Positions 49,005-58,012 of a DNA stretch of 64,000 bases are shown in pieces; positions within the stretch are counted from its first letter, which is position 1, and every line of letters begins with the position of its first letter. The position numbers were made by a program, and so were the translations under genes. The notes below the pieces were generated by a model. That model worked only from the letters and a program-made list of their open reading frames with translations, was not told where the DNA came from and made no database searches. The stretch covers positions 32,001-96,000 of the IMG/VR virus record IMGVR_UViG_3300029288_000084; one strand, written 5' to 3'. This DNA comes from a virus (Duplodnaviria; Caudoviricetes).

Positions 49005-50687
49005 TTATGCATTAATTAAAACTTCACTGAAGTTGACATCAGTTCCAACAGCAATGAAGTTTAATTTGATAAACTCAGCAGCACGAGCAGGTTTGATATA
49101 AATATCACCAACAAATTCATTGGCATCTATGATTGCACCAGTATTGTTTGTAGTATCACAAATAACCTTGTAATCAAAAATGCCTCTGCGACCTTTGATT
49201 CTACGAAGGAAAGGTTCAACCATTAACTTGAATAATGTTCTCTGATAATCATCATTGAATTCAAAAATCATCCACTTAGCAGCTGAAGAAATAGCTTTTT
49301 CTAGAACAATGAATAGTCTTCGGACATTGATTCTATCAAAAGCAGATGGAGCAGAGAGCATTGTTTTCTGACCCCAAGCAACATTTCCTTCACCTGGGAA
49401 AGCAACGATTGGGTTGATGTTGTTTTTGTATAATGTATCTCTGTAAGCTTTTGTAGGATAAATAGCAAATTTGATAACATTCTTGATTTGACCTCTGACT
49501 AAACCTGCAGGTGGATACCATGCATCAGTCAATGTCTCAGATCTTGCAAGAACACCAGCCATATCTCCTGACATTGGAATCCAACGATACTTGTCAGTAT
49601 ACTTATCGTAAATATACTTCCACTGTGCATAGATTGCAGCATAAGAAGAGTTTTTATTCAATGTGGTGTTTTTGTATGTAACACAAGCTGTGATTGAAGT
49701 TGAAAGATCCCCAGCCATAACAGCAGAAGCAGGAATATCTAAAATAGCCATTGCATCTAAACGAGTGTCACAAATATCAACTATATATCCTTGGCTTACT
49801 TCGTCATTGTTAGCACCGTCAAATAGTAAGCTAATATCAAATTCTTCTGGATTTGCAAATAGATCATAACCTAATTCGATATCAGCAACTGCAGGGGTTC
49901 CATCAACACCACCAGCAAGATAAGTTGCTTCAAAAGACATTGGGCTTAAAGCAATTGTAGTATTATCAAAAGCATAAATCCACTGAGACTTTTGATTGAT
50001 GACATTCTCAATATAAGTAGATTTGCCATATGAATCTTTTGCATCAGGATCCATATCAACTAGCCACTTTTCTACTAATGTCCAATTATCATCTAAATCA
50101 TTTTTTGCCATAACAGCAATTGCCAATTGATCGTATTTGTCATATGTATTCGAAACAGGTGCATATTCAAAATTGTTGACAAATGTTAATGAACCAGCAA
50201 TTATGTTGGCAGTTGCAAAATCATCTGCAGTTGCTAAGGCAACCTTGATTTTGGTATTGCCAAGAGCACCAGGATATTTAGCAACAATATGTAACTTTTC
50301 ATGAGCAGCAAAAGTAATTGTTGGAATGCCAGAATAATTTGGAATATAAGGATTTGATCCTATTGTTAATACAGCAGTAGCTTGACCTTCATCAGCAACA
50401 GCAATACCAGCATTTTTAGCTGTATCATGATCTACAGCTCTGACTAGATACAGGCTACTTGCGTAACGTAAAAATTCTGCAGCTGAGTGCCAATGCTGAA
50501 AGTTAGTGTCAAGTGGCAATCCGAAATAAGAACAAAGTTCTTTTTCAGTTGTTACTTGTTTTCTTTCAAAACAAGGACCCCAAGAAAAGTTACCTGCCAT
50601 ACCAGCAATAGTAGTTGCTATTTGAGCTACGCCTAATGTGGTATCAAACTCTTGAATTGTAACCGAAGGACTTAAACTAAATGCCAT
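49005..50687 (-). CDS. Tail sheath protein (gp18-like)
   Basis: SPSV...E.D, FSWGP, WYPPAGLVRG, FDRINVRRLF, FEFND, IKPAR. Confidence 0.97.
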   Translation of the reverse strand: MAFSLSPSVTIQEFDTTLGVAQIATTIAGMAGNFSWGPCFERKQVTTEKELCSYFGLPLDTNFQHWHSAAEFLRYASSLYLVRAVDHDTAKNAGIAVADEGQATAVLTIGSNPYIPNYSGIPTITFAAHEKLHIVAKYPGALGNTKIKVALATADDFATANIIAGSLTFVNNFEYAPVSNTYDKYDQLAIAVMAKNDLDDNWTLVEKWLVDMDPDAKDSYGKSTYIENVINQKSQWIYAFDNTTIALSPMSFEATYLAGGVDGTPAVADIELGYDLFANPEEFDISLLFDGANNDEVSQGYIVDICDTRLDAMAILDIPASAVMAGDLSTSITACVTYKNTTLNKNSSYAAIYAQWKYIYDKYTDKYRWIPMSGDMAGVLARSETLTDAWYPPAGLVRGQIKNVIKFAIYPTKAYRDTLYKNNINPIVAFPGEGNVAWGQKTMLSAPSAFDRINVRRLFIVLEKAISSAAKWMIFEFNDDYQRTLFKLMVEPFLRRIKGRRGIFDYKVICDTTNNTGAIIDANEFVGDIYIKPARAAEFIKLNFIAVGTDVNFSEVLINA

Positions 50688-50822
50688 TATTCACCTTCTC
50701 CGTTCTTAGTAAAACCAAGAACAATTGATTTTGTGTATTTCATTAATACACCTCCTTTTCAAAAATATATATAAAAAAGCCTCTAAAAATCATTATTTTT
50801 TATTTTTTTGACACGGAAAAAT

Positions 50823-50853
50823 TACTAAATAAATACCTTAATTATTATATAAT
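50823..50853 (+). promoter_or_regulatory. Promoter TACTAAAT-N17-TATAAT driving the plus-strand unit
   Basis: Exact motif; the only plus-strand copy I found. Confidence 0.75.
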
Positions 50854-50879
50854 GTATTTGATGAATAAGAAGAATTTAA

Positions 50880-51460
50880 AATGTGAAAGAGTTGATGATT
50901 TCAAATCAACAAGGCAGGTAAATCTTTTCAGCTTCTGTTTCTTTGATTTACCAAATCGCCAAAAGATCACGCGCGTAGGAATATGATCATGCTAAACAGA
51001 AGCGCTAATACTTTGGCTGTATCATTACGAAACAGCCCCCGTAGCAGTGCGATCATGCCTTCAGGGGTGAAGGGTCAGGGATCGTACGGCCAGCCCAAAG
51101 GAGACAAGCTCACTCCCCGGTACGATAAGCTGGGGCTTTATGTTGTTTTAGGGGAGATGAAAAAAATAACGGTTTTTGGGAGTATTTTTTCCAGCTTTGC
51201 CACTGATCGCTTGCGAGATGGGCAGGGGAAGTCGACCGAAAAAAATATTCTTAGTTTTGTGGTGTGTACTACCATGATGCTGATCACATTATGGTTCGCC
51301 AAAAACATCCACTTCTCCGTGATTAGGAGACAGCAAGCATGCTGCTGGAATTATTAAAAAATGCTCGTTATTCTGGGCCAAATCCAGTTCCAGAATTCGC
51401 TCTTAGGCTACACCGAGTTTAAGAGTGTTATACCAAGTACGTTAAGCTTGGTTGCAATAA
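50880..51460 (+). ncRNA. Putative large structured non-coding RNA (about 580 nt), class unassigned
   Basis: Visibly GC-richer than its flanks; more than 12 stems with G-U wobbles on the plus strand; a pseudoknot; promoter directly upstream. Ends are approximate. Confidence 0.75.
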
Positions 51461-51478
51461 TAAAAAGGGGAGTTAAAA

Positions 51479-51694
51479 ATGTACGAACGGTATGATCATC
51501 ATGGAAAATTAGTTTGGGTTAGGAAAGATTTGAAAGGAAAGCATCGCGAACATTGTCTTTGTTTCAGTTGCAGTAAGTTGAATATTGAAGATCGAGAAAA
51601 AAATTGTCCTATTGCAAATGCTTTATTTGCTCTTTGTGTTCAATTCAATCTTACTACTCCAGTGTTTGAATGCCCTGAATTTAAAGAGGTATAA
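51479..51694 (+). CDS. Small Cys-rich protein (putative metal-binding)
   Basis: RBS GGGGAG; HCLCFSC...CPIA...C...ECPEF. Confidence 0.75.
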   Translation: MYERYDHHGKLVWVRKDLKGKHREHCLCFSCSKLNIEDREKNCPIANALFALCVQFNLTTPVFECPEFKEV

Positions 51695-51695
51695 A

Positions 51696-52064
51696 ATGAC
51701 ACATGAGGAAATTGAAAAAGATCCAAGATTTATTGTATTGTCAAATTATAGTTCAAAAGTATACGAGTATAAGGTTGCTGTATTTAGTTTACAAGTCAAA
51801 TATGATTTGTTAAAGAAAGAACAAGAATTCAAAAAGCAAAGTGTGATTGCTACGATTGCTGCAGAAAAAACAGAAGATGGGAAAAAGAAATTTGGCAATG
51901 AGGATCAAAGACAAACTGAGTTTCAAAAACGATTAGAGAATGATGAAAACTATCATTCTAATGAAAAAGAATTGCAGTTACTTTATGCTGAAATCCAGAG
52001 AAAAGTAATTGAAATTTCATACTTGCTTACCGAAATAGAAAATTATCGTTTATTCGTAAAATAA
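51696..52064 (+). CDS. Coiled-coil hypothetical protein (122 aa)
   Basis: ATG at 51696 with GAGGT RBS; the track ORF starts further upstream. Confidence 0.7.
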   Translation: MTHEEIEKDPRFIVLSNYSSKVYEYKVAVFSLQVKYDLLKKEQEFKKQSVIATIAAEKTEDGKKKFGNEDQRQTEFQKRLENDENYHSNEKELQLLYAEIQRKVIEISYLLTEIENYRLFVK

Positions 52065-52075
52065 AAGGAGAAAAA

Positions 52076-52380
52076 ATGTCAGAAATCAAAATCATTGTTT
52101 TAAAAACAGGTGAACAACTTTTAGCTAGGTTGAATATGGAGATGGTACAATTGTGATGGAAAAACCAGTTATGATGTTTCCTCTCCCCGGTAATAAGATT
52201 TCATTTAGAGATTGGATTATTGGAGCAAAATTAGATAAGGTAGCTGTTAAGAATGAAAATATCAATGTTGTAGTTGATCCTTCAAAAGAAATAGAAGATA
52301 TTTACGTTAGCAGTACTTCTAAAATTCAAGCACCGCCTCTTGGTGCGAAGATGTCTATTCTAGGAAACAAGCAATCTTAG
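52076..52380 (+). pseudogene. Sm/LSm-like protein gene with an apparent 1-nt frameshift near 52127
   Basis: AGGAG RBS. MSEIKIIVLKTGEQLLA continues in the -1 frame as VEYGDGTIVMEKPVMMFP...W...VVVDPSKEIEDIY...SKIQAP, matching the pattern I recall for Sm-like proteins of T4-like/cyanophages. Confidence 0.6.
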
Positions 52381-53816
52381 CCAATTCTAATAACTGATAG
52401 CATTTTTTCACTATCACCGTCATCATCATCCATAAGAGTTGCAGGTGAATTTTCCATACCATTTGACATTACTATAGCAGATACTTGGGAATCTATTTGA
52501 ACTTGATGTTCTTTTAAAAATTTCTCTCTAAAACTGATTGGCGCTTCTATGAATTCATCTAAAAACCCAGTTGATTGAACACAAGAGAAAAATACCAATC
52601 CCATAACCATATCATCGTGATAACCAGTTTCAGCTTCGTAACTGTTATTTTTTCTAACAAATTTATAAAATTCACTTATTGTATCAAAGTCATTGACTAT
52701 TAACTTTTCATATTCCATCAATGTTCTTAAATTGCCGCAGCCAACTCTTTTTGTTCTTGTTGTTGTTCTAAGTCCCAATTCTTTTTTATTTTGTTCCATA
52801 TAAAGCATAGAATCAGTTCCTATATCGTTAGCTAAAATATCAAGAACATCTTTTCCAAAACCTATGTTATTTTCAATGATAGTTAAAGTGTTCTCACCGC
52901 CGTACATTTTTATGAGTTCATCATAAATTGTTGCATAGTGTTGATATGGACATTCAGAATCTCGATAAGTTGCAACTTGTTCATATGGGCTTGTAGAAAG
53001 ATCAATAACAGAAATTGTATAGAAATCTTGTTTTTTACCTTCGCTTGGATCTCCAACTATAGCGTAGTAATGACCTGGTATGACTTTGCCCAATGCCTCA
53101 TCCTTTTTGAATAGTATTGGTTCTTGATAAATTTTTAACTTATCTTCATAGTAAGTTCGAATTGGAGTTTTGTGAGTTAATTCAGCTAGCTTTTTACCGC
53201 CAATTAAAGTGTCTGAGGAACCTAGAATTTGACAATCATATTCTTGGTTCCACATCATTTCGCCGATGTTGCTTATTGTTAATTTCTTAAATGCTTCATC
53301 TCTACCAGGAATTTCATTCCATGCAACTTTCAAATACTTGAATTGACTGCGACCTTCAACAGCTTCATTCCAGAATTTAGCAAAGTGATTATATCCAATT
53401 GGAGTGGATGAAAGTGTAATTCTTGAATGCTTGGCTGAAGAAATTGTAGGATAAATGGATGCTAAGAAGTCAGCAGCCATATTAGAATTTGTTTTTGAAC
53501 AATTGTGGCAAGTTATTCCATTGCCTATATAATGGTTTCCGTCCCGTACATTTAATAAATCATAGAAAAAATTCTCTTTTTTAACTTTTTCAATTTTTTT
53601 AATTCTTTTATTTTGAACTATATCTCCAATATTTAAATTTTTTGCTTTTACAAACATATTATTTTGTTTTATTTTATGTTCATTTGAACATTCAACTACA
53701 GTTTTATTATTAAAAATTATTTTTAGTGATTCATTTTTAATTGTTATACTTATACCATCAAAATCTTTCCAACCATTTTCTGTTAAAACTTCGTAATCAG
53801 ATGTTAATATTTTCAT
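52377..53816 (-). CDS. Terminase large subunit (gp17-like), C-terminal half, starting with a 105-aa split-intein fragment
   Basis: ...NGITCHN|CSKT...SIYPTISS, SSTPIGYNHF, QEY, GDPSEG, IENN, HDDMVM. Confidence 0.95.
   Translation of the reverse strand: MKILTSDYEVLTENGWKDFDGISITIKNESLKIIFNNKTVVECSNEHKIKQNNMFVKAKNLNIGDIVQNKRIKKIEKVKKENFFYDLLNVRDGNHYIGNGITCHNCSKTNSNMAADFLASIYPTISSAKHSRITLSSTPIGYNHFAKFWNEAVEGRSQFKYLKVAWNEIPGRDEAFKKLTISNIGEMMWNQEYDCQILGSSDTLIGGKKLAELTHKTPIRTYYEDKLKIYQEPILFKKDEALGKVIPGHYYAIVGDPSEGKKQDFYTISVIDLSTSPYEQVATYRDSECPYQHYATIYDELIKMYGGENTLTIIENNIGFGKDVLDILANDIGTDSMLYMEQNKKELGLRTTTRTKRVGCGNLRTLMEYEKLIVNDFDTISEFYKFVRKNNSYEAETGYHDDMVMGLVFFSCVQSTGFLDEFIEAPISFREKFLKEHQVQIDSQVSAIVMSNGMENSPATLMDDDDGDSEKMLSVIRIG
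53502..53816 (-). mobile_element. Atypical split intein, long C-fragment
   Basis: CSNEH block B, FYDLLNV, terminal HN, Cys+1. Confidence 0.9.
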
Positions 53817-54693
53817 TAATTTTTCTCATTAGTTTATTAAAAACTTCTTCTTTATTTTTGTAATAATCATGTTCCCAAATTTCTATTACTCTATATCCAG
53901 CAAAAATAGCAGCATTTACTTTTTTCTTCCAATACACTCTATATTCTTTGGGTGTTATACCTCTATGTTCTTTATTTTCATCCGGAAATAAACTTTCATG
54001 ATAATGCCAATATGTACCATTAAATTCTACAATTAATTTTAAATCTTTTATTGTAAAATCATAAGAGTAATATTTTGTTTTTTTATCAACATCATTGAGA
54101 ATAAATTCATTATTAAGTGGGTTAAATCTAACACTAGATTTTAATTTATTATCTAAAGCATTGTAAATATTCCAACTTAGTTCCTTATGCCATTTTGATA
54201 TACTATTCTGCGAAGCTTCTCTATTCATTATTGATTTTTCTGATTGGAAAGAATTTATAATTCCATACTTTTTTAATAAAGTATTTTTTCTTTTTTCTTT
54301 ACACTTTACACTTTTAGATCTTTGTGCAAGTATTTTGTTTCTTTCAATTACTTCATTTTTATGTAAAATATGCCAATTGTGAATTTTTGTTCTTTTTTCT
54401 TCTGTCCATAAATAAGAAGTTTTATCTCTACCTATAGTCCCTTCTTGATATGATTTAGTAATACATTCTAGTGAATTACACCTTTTAAAAAATCCCTTGT
54501 TAATACTAATAAATACTGAAGATTTATTACAATATTTACATTTAGGAATATTACTATGCAAAATATATTTTGCATAGTAATCTTTTGGTTGTATTGAATG
54601 TTTTTTAATATGTTTGGTAAAATTTGAATTTTTTGCATTTTTATAAAATATCTTACTACAAATTTCACAAGTTATTATTTGATTATTTTCCAT
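53797..54693 (-). CDS. Free-standing Vsr-like homing endonuclease between the terminase halves
   Basis: YDFTIKDLKLIVEFNGTYWH...IWEHD; N-terminal Zn fingers. Confidence 0.8.
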   Translation of the reverse strand: MENNQIITCEICSKIFYKNAKNSNFTKHIKKHSIQPKDYYAKYILHSNIPKCKYCNKSSVFISINKGFFKRCNSLECITKSYQEGTIGRDKTSYLWTEEKRTKIHNWHILHKNEVIERNKILAQRSKSVKCKEKRKNTLLKKYGIINSFQSEKSIMNREASQNSISKWHKELSWNIYNALDNKLKSSVRFNPLNNEFILNDVDKKTKYYSYDFTIKDLKLIVEFNGTYWHYHESLFPDENKEHRGITPKEYRVYWKKKVNAAIFAGYRVIEIWEHDYYKNKEEVFNKLMRKINENINI

Positions 54694-54694
54694 G

Positions 54695-55378
54695 TTATTT
54701 AATAAAAACTAAATGAGTTGTACCTATTAGTCTATTAGCAAAATCAGACATTTTAATGTTTTCTACAATTCCTGTTTTTTTATTTCTAACTGTAATAACA
54801 GTATTGCCTAAAAAACATTCATCCCAGTATAGATTTTTGATTGGGAAACCAGATAAAGCATCTTTTGATGTTGCAGCTGAAATAGATCTTGAACCATTTT
54901 CTAATTCAAAACCGCCTGATTGCCAACTAACAACACCTTGTTGCATCCAGAAAGGAAGACCCTGGAACATCTTTTGCATAGTAGAAATAATTTCAAAGGC
55001 TGTCTTCTCTTTGTTAGCAACAATACCACAAATTTCATAAGGAAAGAAATTCATCAAATAAGTATAAACACCCGATGTAACAGTTGTTTTACCTGATTGT
55101 CTTGGATTCATGAAGATGTTAAAACGATTCTCCATCATCATGTTGATCATAGTTGTTTGATATGGTCTGGGTTCGAATAAAACCCATTGTCCAGAATCTA
55201 ATGACAATGTTTTTAAGTAAGTTTTAAAAAAATAGTGAATTCCAGTCTTTGGTTCTTTACATTTTCTAATTTCGTCCAGTTGGTATTGGCTGTAAGGAAT
55301 TTCAATTCCGGCTTTACGAAGGTTGAATTTTCCCTGAAAATAATCAGTTTTTTGAGGTTGATATACTATTTCATCCAT
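54695..55378 (-). CDS. Terminase large subunit, N-terminal half, ending in a 40-aa split-intein fragment
   Basis: PRQSGKTT, LPFWMQQGV, ELENGS, LYWDE|CFLGNT. Confidence 0.95.
   Translation of the reverse strand: MDEIVYQPQKTDYFQGKFNLRKAGIEIPYSQYQLDEIRKCKEPKTGIHYFFKTYLKTLSLDSGQWVLFEPRPYQTTMINMMMENRFNIFMNPRQSGKTTVTSGVYTYLMNFFPYEICGIVANKEKTAFEIISTMQKMFQGLPFWMQQGVVSWQSGGFELENGSRSISAATSKDALSGFPIKNLYWDECFLGNTVITVRNKKTGIVENIKMSDFANRLIGTTHLVFIK
54698..54817 (-). mobile_element. Atypical split intein, short N-fragment (40 aa)
   Basis: CFLGNTVITVRNKKTG... immediately after the Walker B DE. Confidence 0.88.
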
Positions 55379-55865
55379 AAGGATCTTCGTCTTGTTCTTC
55401 TAGAGGTTCAGGAACGCCTACAGCTTCAAGCATTTTTTGTTCATCTTGAATAGATTGGAATTTAAGGACATCACTCATCTTACCAAAGAATATTGCTTTT
55501 TCTATTACTTGTGTTGGTTTAGCATCTTTTGGAACTTCTTCTTTAGCTAGTTTGTAAATCTCAGCAACTGTTTTTGATGCTTGTAAAATTTGAGAACCGC
55601 TGCTTGCAACTGCTTCTAGTAATCTAGCAACCACTTCTGCCATACGAGGCGAGGGATCAGCTCTTAATTCTTCTAGTAAAATATCAACAACTTCTTGATT
55701 TGTTTTCATTGATTTTCTCAATTCTCTTTTAACAAATCGATAATCATCTTCTAAATTTTCAGAAGGTCTATCATCATCTTCTGGCATAGTGCTAGGTATA
55801 TTTTTATCTTCAGAATCCGCTATTCCTAATTTATCTTCCCAATTACGTCTAGGTCTCAAAATCAA
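55371..55865 (-). CDS. Terminase small subunit (gp16-like)
   Basis: EDDYRFVK, SPRMAEVVARLL, IFFG. Late box at 55878-55885. Confidence 0.9.
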   Translation of the reverse strand: MILRPRRNWEDKLGIADSEDKNIPSTMPEDDDRPSENLEDDYRFVKRELRKSMKTNQEVVDILLEELRADPSPRMAEVVARLLEAVASSGSQILQASKTVAEIYKLAKEEVPKDAKPTQVIEKAIFFGKMSDVLKFQSIQDEQKMLEAVGVPEPLEEQDEDPYG

Positions 55866-55896
55866 CCTCCTGATAAATATTTATAAAATTGAATTC

Positions 55897-56079
55897 TTAT
55901 TCATATTCTTTTAATTCTAATTCTAATTCTTTCATTTTCTTTTGATATTTTTTTCTCTCTTCATCACTTAAATTTTCAGCTGTTAATGCTTGTTGAGTTG
56001 CTTGTATTTTCATATAAATATTATGTTTTTCATCCCAATTTGATTTTACTTCGTTTAATAATTTTTGAAATTTTTTCAT
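55897..56079 (-). CDS. Putative internal head protein
   Basis: MKKFQKLLNE N-terminus. Confidence 0.55.
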   Translation of the reverse strand: MKKFQKLLNEVKSNWDEKHNIYMKIQATQQALTAENLSDEERKKYQKKMKELELELKEYE

Positions 56080-56897
56080 TCTGGTTTGTCCTCCGTTACT
56101 ACTGTTGTTTTACCTTCTTGAATATTTGTTCTTGTAATATGCCAATCATCACCTTCTTCAGCTTCCCAAGGAATGACTTCTTGTTCCTCTTCCCACCAAG
56201 TATATGGATCAGCTGAATCTAAATCATCGATATCTCGAATTTTCATAATAGTTTTTTTGATAATACTAGACTCAACATTCTGTTTGTAAAGATATCCTTT
56301 CAATGTAAATGACAAATCCCATTGAACAATTCGATCTCTTGTATCTTCACCTGATTCTAATTGCAAATTGTAATTAGGACCACTTGTCAAATCAACAGGT
56401 GTCACCCTCTTGATTCCAAGTGTAGGCATTTCATTTACTGAAATCATATATGTTGGATCAAAGAAAGGACAAATTTGTTCGATCAGTTGTTGACAATCAG
56501 ATTCATTGACAGCCCACATAGCTAACGAATATGAAAAGTTCCAAGGTGATGGTTCAAAAAATCTTATCATCTTGTCAGGATCTGTTACAGTAGGATCAGC
56601 TACTCTGTATGCATTTTTTAGATTCTTTTTTCTACTTGGATCTGGACTGAGATTTGTCAAAATAAAAGACATTCTTGGAAGAAGAATTGAAAATGGATCA
56701 TTTTGCTTCTCAGCATATTGTTTTAACTGTTCATAAAATTTGCGTTTAGAAGCCTGAATCAAGGGAACTTTTATTGATTGAGTTTCAACTACACCATAAG
56801 GATCAGCTCTCTGAACATAGAGATTAGAGAAAATTGTACCAAATGCAATTGCATATCGGCGAATGATTCCGTGATAAAAATAAGTTCCTGCTAACAT
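56076..56897 (-). CDS. Tail sheath stabilizer / terminator (gp15-like)
   Basis: YFYHGIIRRY.IAFGTIF, IKVPL, LPRMSF, QLIEQICPFFDP. Confidence 0.95.
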   Translation of the reverse strand: MLAGTYFYHGIIRRYAIAFGTIFSNLYVQRADPYGVVETQSIKVPLIQASKRKFYEQLKQYAEKQNDPFSILLPRMSFILTNLSPDPSRKKNLKNAYRVADPTVTDPDKMIRFFEPSPWNFSYSLAMWAVNESDCQQLIEQICPFFDPTYMISVNEMPTLGIKRVTPVDLTSGPNYNLQLESGEDTRDRIVQWDLSFTLKGYLYKQNVESSIIKKTIMKIRDIDDLDSADPYTWWEEEQEVIPWEAEEGDDWHITRTNIQEGKTTVVTEDKPE

Positions 56898-57130
56898 TAT
56901 TTTTCAGTGGTTTCTTTTTGAGCTCTTTTTTCTTGATTTATTTTTATACAAATTGTAGCTAATTTTCCATATGATTGACTCAAGTATCGGGCATATCCTA
57001 CCATATTGTTATAATCTCCTTTCTTTTTACATTCATTAAGGTTATATCTTGCATCAGATATATCTTTATTAATTTTCCCTAATTCATCCATGGAATCTTC
57101 TTCATTTAATAATTCCTCAAACTTTTGCAT
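56897..57130 (-). CDS. Putative internal head protein
   Basis: MQKFEELLNEE N-terminus. Confidence 0.55.
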   Translation of the reverse strand: MQKFEELLNEEDSMDELGKINKDISDARYNLNECKKKGDYNNMVGYARYLSQSYGKLATICIKINQEKRAQKETTEK

Positions 57131-57377
57131 TCTCTTTCTCCTTTTGTTTTTTTAAACGATAATTGTAATCAGGATTATCAGTTGAAAATTTTCTGTCTTG
57201 GATATATTTGCCCTTTTCACAGAATTTCCAATGGAATGAAAATGGTGTTAATGTCATTTTCTTACCACATTTTGGACAAACTCGAACCTTCTCTTCATCT
57301 AAAATAATATGACGAATTAAAACTTCTTCGTAATTACCACACTCTTTACTTTCACACTCGAATCCGTAAATTGGCAT
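57117..57377 (-). CDS. FmdB-family zinc-ribbon protein
   Basis: MPIYGFEC...ECG...CPKCG. Confidence 0.8.
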   Translation of the reverse strand: MPIYGFECESKECGNYEEVLIRHIILDEEKVRVCPKCGKKMTLTPFSFHWKFCEKGKYIQDRKFSTDNPDYNYRLKKQKEKENAKV

Positions 57378-57388
57378 TTATAAACCTC

Positions 57389-58012
57389 CTATTGTGATCC
57401 AAATGGATCTGCTTCTGAATTATCAATCACATTATCTTCGCTATCTTCGTTTTGGATATGCGGAGCATCATCCATGTTGTCGTTATTTGCAATAATTGAA
57501 TTTATGTCTACTGTTAATTCCTCCTCATCGTTTAAAGCTGTTAGTGATTCTTTAGAATATTTGAAACGTCTAGCTTTGATGGTATAAGTTGAAACTTGAC
57601 CAAGATGATAGAAAGAAGATTCCATATCTACATGAGAAATCTCCATTATCATTTTATCTTTTTGCCAAGGCAAATATAGCAAATCACTTATCATTGGCCT
57701 TTCTAAACCAGTATAAACTTTGAATTGATCTATTTGAATAGCAAAAGAAGCCTCATCGTTCAATTCTAATCCAAACTTGGCATACATATCACCTTGACCT
57801 TCCCAACCACCTGTGTTGAGAACATAGATAGTCATTTCATATTTATCTTCAAATTTCATCAAGGGATCTTCGCCATAGAAGAAATCTAAAGCTACGTTGG
57901 TTTTAGGCAAATAGTAAGCTTGAACACCATACATTTCAATCATTTCGTTGACAATTTTATTGTACGTTGTAAATTCATTGCCACGATAGAATTGAAAGTA
58001 TTGATTAGCCAT
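57389..58012 (-). CDS. Neck protein (gp14-like)
   Basis: E.IEMYG..AYYLP, YGED, GWEGQGD..AKFGL, RP..SDLLY, FYHLG, DPFG. Confidence 0.95.
   Translation of the reverse strand: MANQYFQFYRGNEFTTYNKIVNEMIEMYGVQAYYLPKTNVALDFFYGEDPLMKFEDKYEMTIYVLNTGGWEGQGDMYAKFGLELNDEASFAIQIDQFKVYTGLERPMISDLLYLPWQKDKMIMEISHVDMESSFYHLGQVSTYTIKARRFKYSKESLTALNDEEELTVDINSIIANNDNMDDAPHIQNEDSEDNVIDNSEADPFGSQ

Noticed and set aside
50808-50836. TTGACA as a canonical -35 box
   Set aside because: No good -10 box at 16-18 nt; the TACTAAAT-N17-TATAAT motif fits the locus better.
50983-51357. 124-aa plus-strand ORF inside the GC-rich region
   Set aside because: Composition unlike the other genes, no recognisable motif, and it lies wholly within dense RNA stems; better explained as incidental to an ncRNA. 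Translation is not formally excluded.
52117-52128. CTT TTA as a programmed -1 slip site for the LSm-like gene
   Set aside because: A slip there meets TAG at 52126-52128 immediately.
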